DNA of 63,982 nucleotides, filler included, from Perkinsus chesapeaki ATCC PRA-425 (Eukaryota; Protista; Perkinsozoa): NCBI GenBank assembly GCA_013115145.1. It is 12 parts of 12 records of this genome, joined end to end, with 100 filler letters (N's around TTAATTAATTAA, not from the genome) between each part and the next. Parts side by side here need not be neighbours in the genome. Positions count along the whole stretch, not along the records: positions 59,095 to 62,697 come from JAAPAO010001382.1; positions 62,798 to 63,982 come from JAAPAO010002119.1; 10 more parts are not named here. One strand, 5' to 3'. Shown piece by piece: positions 61,041 to 63,982 of this stretch (position 1 is its first letter; each line of letters starts with the position of its first letter). The notes under the pieces were generated by a model. It saw only the letters and a program-made list of their open reading frames with translations, ran no database searches and was not told where the DNA came from. The position numbers and the translations under genes were made by a program.

Positions 61041-61412
61041 AACAACTGTTCGCCCTGTAGACATCTATGAAGCGTAGCATTTGTCGATTGTTTGGTTCAA
61101 TGGTTAAGGTTGGTGTCCACGGCTGTACGGGTCGAGAGTTCGAATAAAGGGTGCGCCGTTTTTCGATTACTTGTTTGCCCCACCATCGGACAACGAGTTT
61201 GAGTTATTGTTGTGTGTGTAAACAATAACAGCATGACAGTTAGCATGGCGTGTTAGGATGACGAACGCGCAGGTTCGAATCCTAGTGAATATGTATAACT
61301 TTTATTTTGCTTCTACGGTACAAGTTCTACCATTTACACTTTGAACAACTTACGAGCGATTCGCGGCCCGATTTTTTCTAATTAGTAGCTTGTTCAAGGC
61401 TTTCGCCAAAAA

Positions 61413-62400
61413 TATGTTATCTTTATGCTGGCATCAATTATCTTTATGATGATGTTGGTTTCCGACTTGGCTTACGACTTGTCGCAGGACGTTGGCGACT
61501 GCGGGCAAATTCGACCGCATGGCCAAAATATGGGACCTCGAGGAGCGCATTTGCCTACGCGAGTTCTTGGCCGGATCGTCACGCATTAACTTTGTAGTGC
61601 TGTGGCGGGAGACCTCTCTGGTGGTTGCAGACAATGATGCTGTCAGATGCTGGGATTTGGATAGGTTAGTCCGTGTTGTTCGTCTGACCGAAATACCTTC
61701 CTCTCTCAGTAATAGCCCTCTAGCTGAGGACTCTATGGCGATGACCTCTATGCCGGTCTGTGCGGACCGGCAGTACTACTCAGTGTTAATCAGCGCAAGC
61801 TCAAATTTTCCTATAGTTTCGAGATTACGACGCAGAGGTATACACTCAATTTCCGGACTAGCTGACTCTGACTAGAGTAGTCACCGACAGTGACTAGGTG
61901 CTTGATTTTGCATGGATTCAGGACTGGTGGAGCATATTACCCGCAGAAAGCAGTTTGGACAGAACGAGACAAGGATCATAGAGTCTACGTCAGCGCATGA
62001 CTCTGTCGTATTTATTCGCTGCTTGAGTACAAATCATATGGCGGCGATCAGATCATCAACAGGACCGCAGAGGCAACCGACTTTTGTCCAGAGGGAGACT
62101 CCCGCTGTAACTTCCTCTTGATGCCGAGATGTATTCTTTCTCGGACAAGGCTTCTACAAAACGAAAAGATTGGCATTGATTTTCGTGAGAATTAACTACA
62201 CCTGTTGCAGCAGGCCTTTCTACGATCGGTAATCGTAGCACTCTCATATACGTGACGCTACGTCGCTGACATATAATACGTCACACATCCATTGTTCACT
62301 TCTCAGTTCTGAACTGATATATTTGAGAGAGTTGAAGATTTCTTCGCACGTATCGATACTGAAAGTAGACTAGTTCTTGCTATGGTTGGTTCTGGTGTGG
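61413..62400 (+). CDS. WD40-repeat protein (spliced, boundaries uncertain)
   Basis: LATAGKFDRMAKIWDL and VADNDAVRCWDL are WD-repeat ends. Confidence 0.65.
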
Positions 62401-62797
62401 AATCTGTGAAATTGGAGGAGCTGCGAAGAAATGCTATCTATTTTGAGAATCGGCAACTTACCAGCTAAACTACCTAGCTGGGTAACGCTGAATTTTCGTA
62501 ATGTATTTCCTCACATCGTTGTAAAGAATGCGGTTCGTCAGCTGGGAATCATGTCGTGGGCCACGACTCGTGGCATATGATATCTCATACAATATCTTAA
62601 ATATATTAGGTATTATATCTAGTATTTATTGTTTTCTCAAACATTCAAATGCCTACGTCCTACCTGCGGCCTGCACGCGGCAAACCGGCTGAACCGCNNN
62701 NNNNNNNNNNNNNNNNNNNNNNNNNNNNNNNNNNNNNNNNNTTAATTAATTAANNNNNNNNNNNNNNNNNNNNNNNNNNNNNNNNNNNNNNNNNNNN

Positions 62798-63982
62798 CGG
62801 TCTTAGGGTGCACACAATGTTTTCACAAACAGGTCAGCCAACCTGGCCACTTCGAGCTGATTATCTTAAGTACTGTAACAGGCACTGCGACCGGGCGGCT
62901 GAAGTCCACAGACCCAAACTTGCTCACGGTGGAGAATGCCCTCGAAATAGCGGACGTACTTCGGCCCTCGGTGGCGTCCGACCTTCACCACGGTGCCATA
63001 CGGGAGGGTGAGCCGGAAGGGCAGTAAAGGCTTAGGATAGCTCGATCCTCAGGTGCAGCCGTTTTCGTCTCGCGAGTGACGGCCCCTCCTCCTCATCACC
63101 AAGATCTCCTCGAAGCCAAGCTGGTGGCTGTATCTGCCGAGCTCACGGCTGCCGACTGTCCCGGTGACAAGCCGTTTGGGAAGCAGCCAAGTCGTACTGT
63201 AGCCGAGTAGGGGCACTTCTTGCACGACAGGGAAACCCAAACGATTCCTCAGGTACTGGTCAGAGGCCGGGTGGCCGGGATACTCTGACCCAGAGATTTG
63301 CAGAAGAATCCCGCAGTGCACAGTTGAGCTCAACACGGGACAGCAAATTGTGTAGGCCTACAAGCCAATACTCGGATTCACTGGCTCCTTCAGGTTCCCA
63401 GCTGATCAAGTTTTCCGGCAAAATGCCGCCGTAACACTAACTGCGGAGGAGCATGCACGAAAGCGCATCATAGCCCTCAGAGACGCCTTTGTAGCCCCAA
63501 AGGGCAGGGTACTTCTCAGCGTGGACTATTGCCAGATCGAGGTCAGTTTCCAGACTCTGTCTCTGAAAAGCCCGGCTTCCAGGCTCGACTTCTTGCGCAC
63601 TTCTGTGGCGACTCTAGGCTAATAGAGCTCTTCAACCAGCCAGTCTGTACAGCGGCCGGCGAGCCGACTTATGATATCTTTGTGCACATAGCGTCAACGT
63701 GGCTATCGAAGCCGCTCTGCCAAGTGACCGATGTAGAGCGTAGTGGTATCAAACAACTGGTCTACGGAGTCATCTATGGTATGGGTGCTCGAAGCCTGTC
63801 TCGAGAGATGGGCGTCACTTTGGCCGAAGGCGAGGCTCTCATGAACAAGTTCGATAACGAGTTCCCGAGGGTACGTGAATGGACAAGATCGGTCATCCAG
63901 AACGCCACCAGAGAGGGAGCTTCTGTTCCTAGCATACTGGGCAGACCGCGCCACTTGGCAGGATTAGGGGGCAACCCACAGG
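62798..63982 (+). CDS. Family A DNA polymerase, Pol theta/Pol nu-like, internal part of the polymerase domain
   Basis: RVHTMFSQT|GTATGRLKSTDPNL, motif A LLSVDYCQIE, motif B RSGIKQLVYGVIYGMGARSL, ILGRPRHL; GT-AG introns. Confidence 0.88.

Overview
This is eukaryotic, intron-rich DNA of mid-range GC, most likely from a Perkinsus species (alveolate oyster parasite). The evidence is a near-perfect Perkinsus spliced-leader match, ~40-100 nt GT-AG introns and expanded secreted-protein families. The window is not one locus. Eleven artificial 100-bp linkers (N44-TTAATTAATTAA-N44) join 12 contigs, so adjacency across a linker means nothing. Recognisable genes: RBM28/NOP4, a divergent galactokinase-like gene, a compact 3-exon TERT (~888 aa), an S10 serine carboxypeptidase, a GH30 glucosylceramidase, CEP43/FOP, a BBE-like FAD oxidase, an NHL-type secreted protein, a PGM fragment, a mucin-stalk esterase-like protein, RAP- and WD40-like fragments, a Pol theta-like family A polymerase, tRNA-Met and tRNA-Lys. 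Mobile DNA includes Tc1/mariner, PIF/Harbinger, hAT and Dada-type elements, and one contig is extremely AT-rich and probably mitochondrial. The best candidate for an undescribed system is a tandem cluster of small secreted 8-Cys prepropeptide genes at 19.3-23.6 kb: two intact copies and one pseudogene not shown in the ORF track, next to a secreted carboxypeptidase. Also notable are a spliced-leader relic in genomic DNA, transposons abutting tRNA genes, and recurrent 1-nt-loop, sometimes chained, palindromes. All family assignments come from motif recognition by eye; no searches were run.
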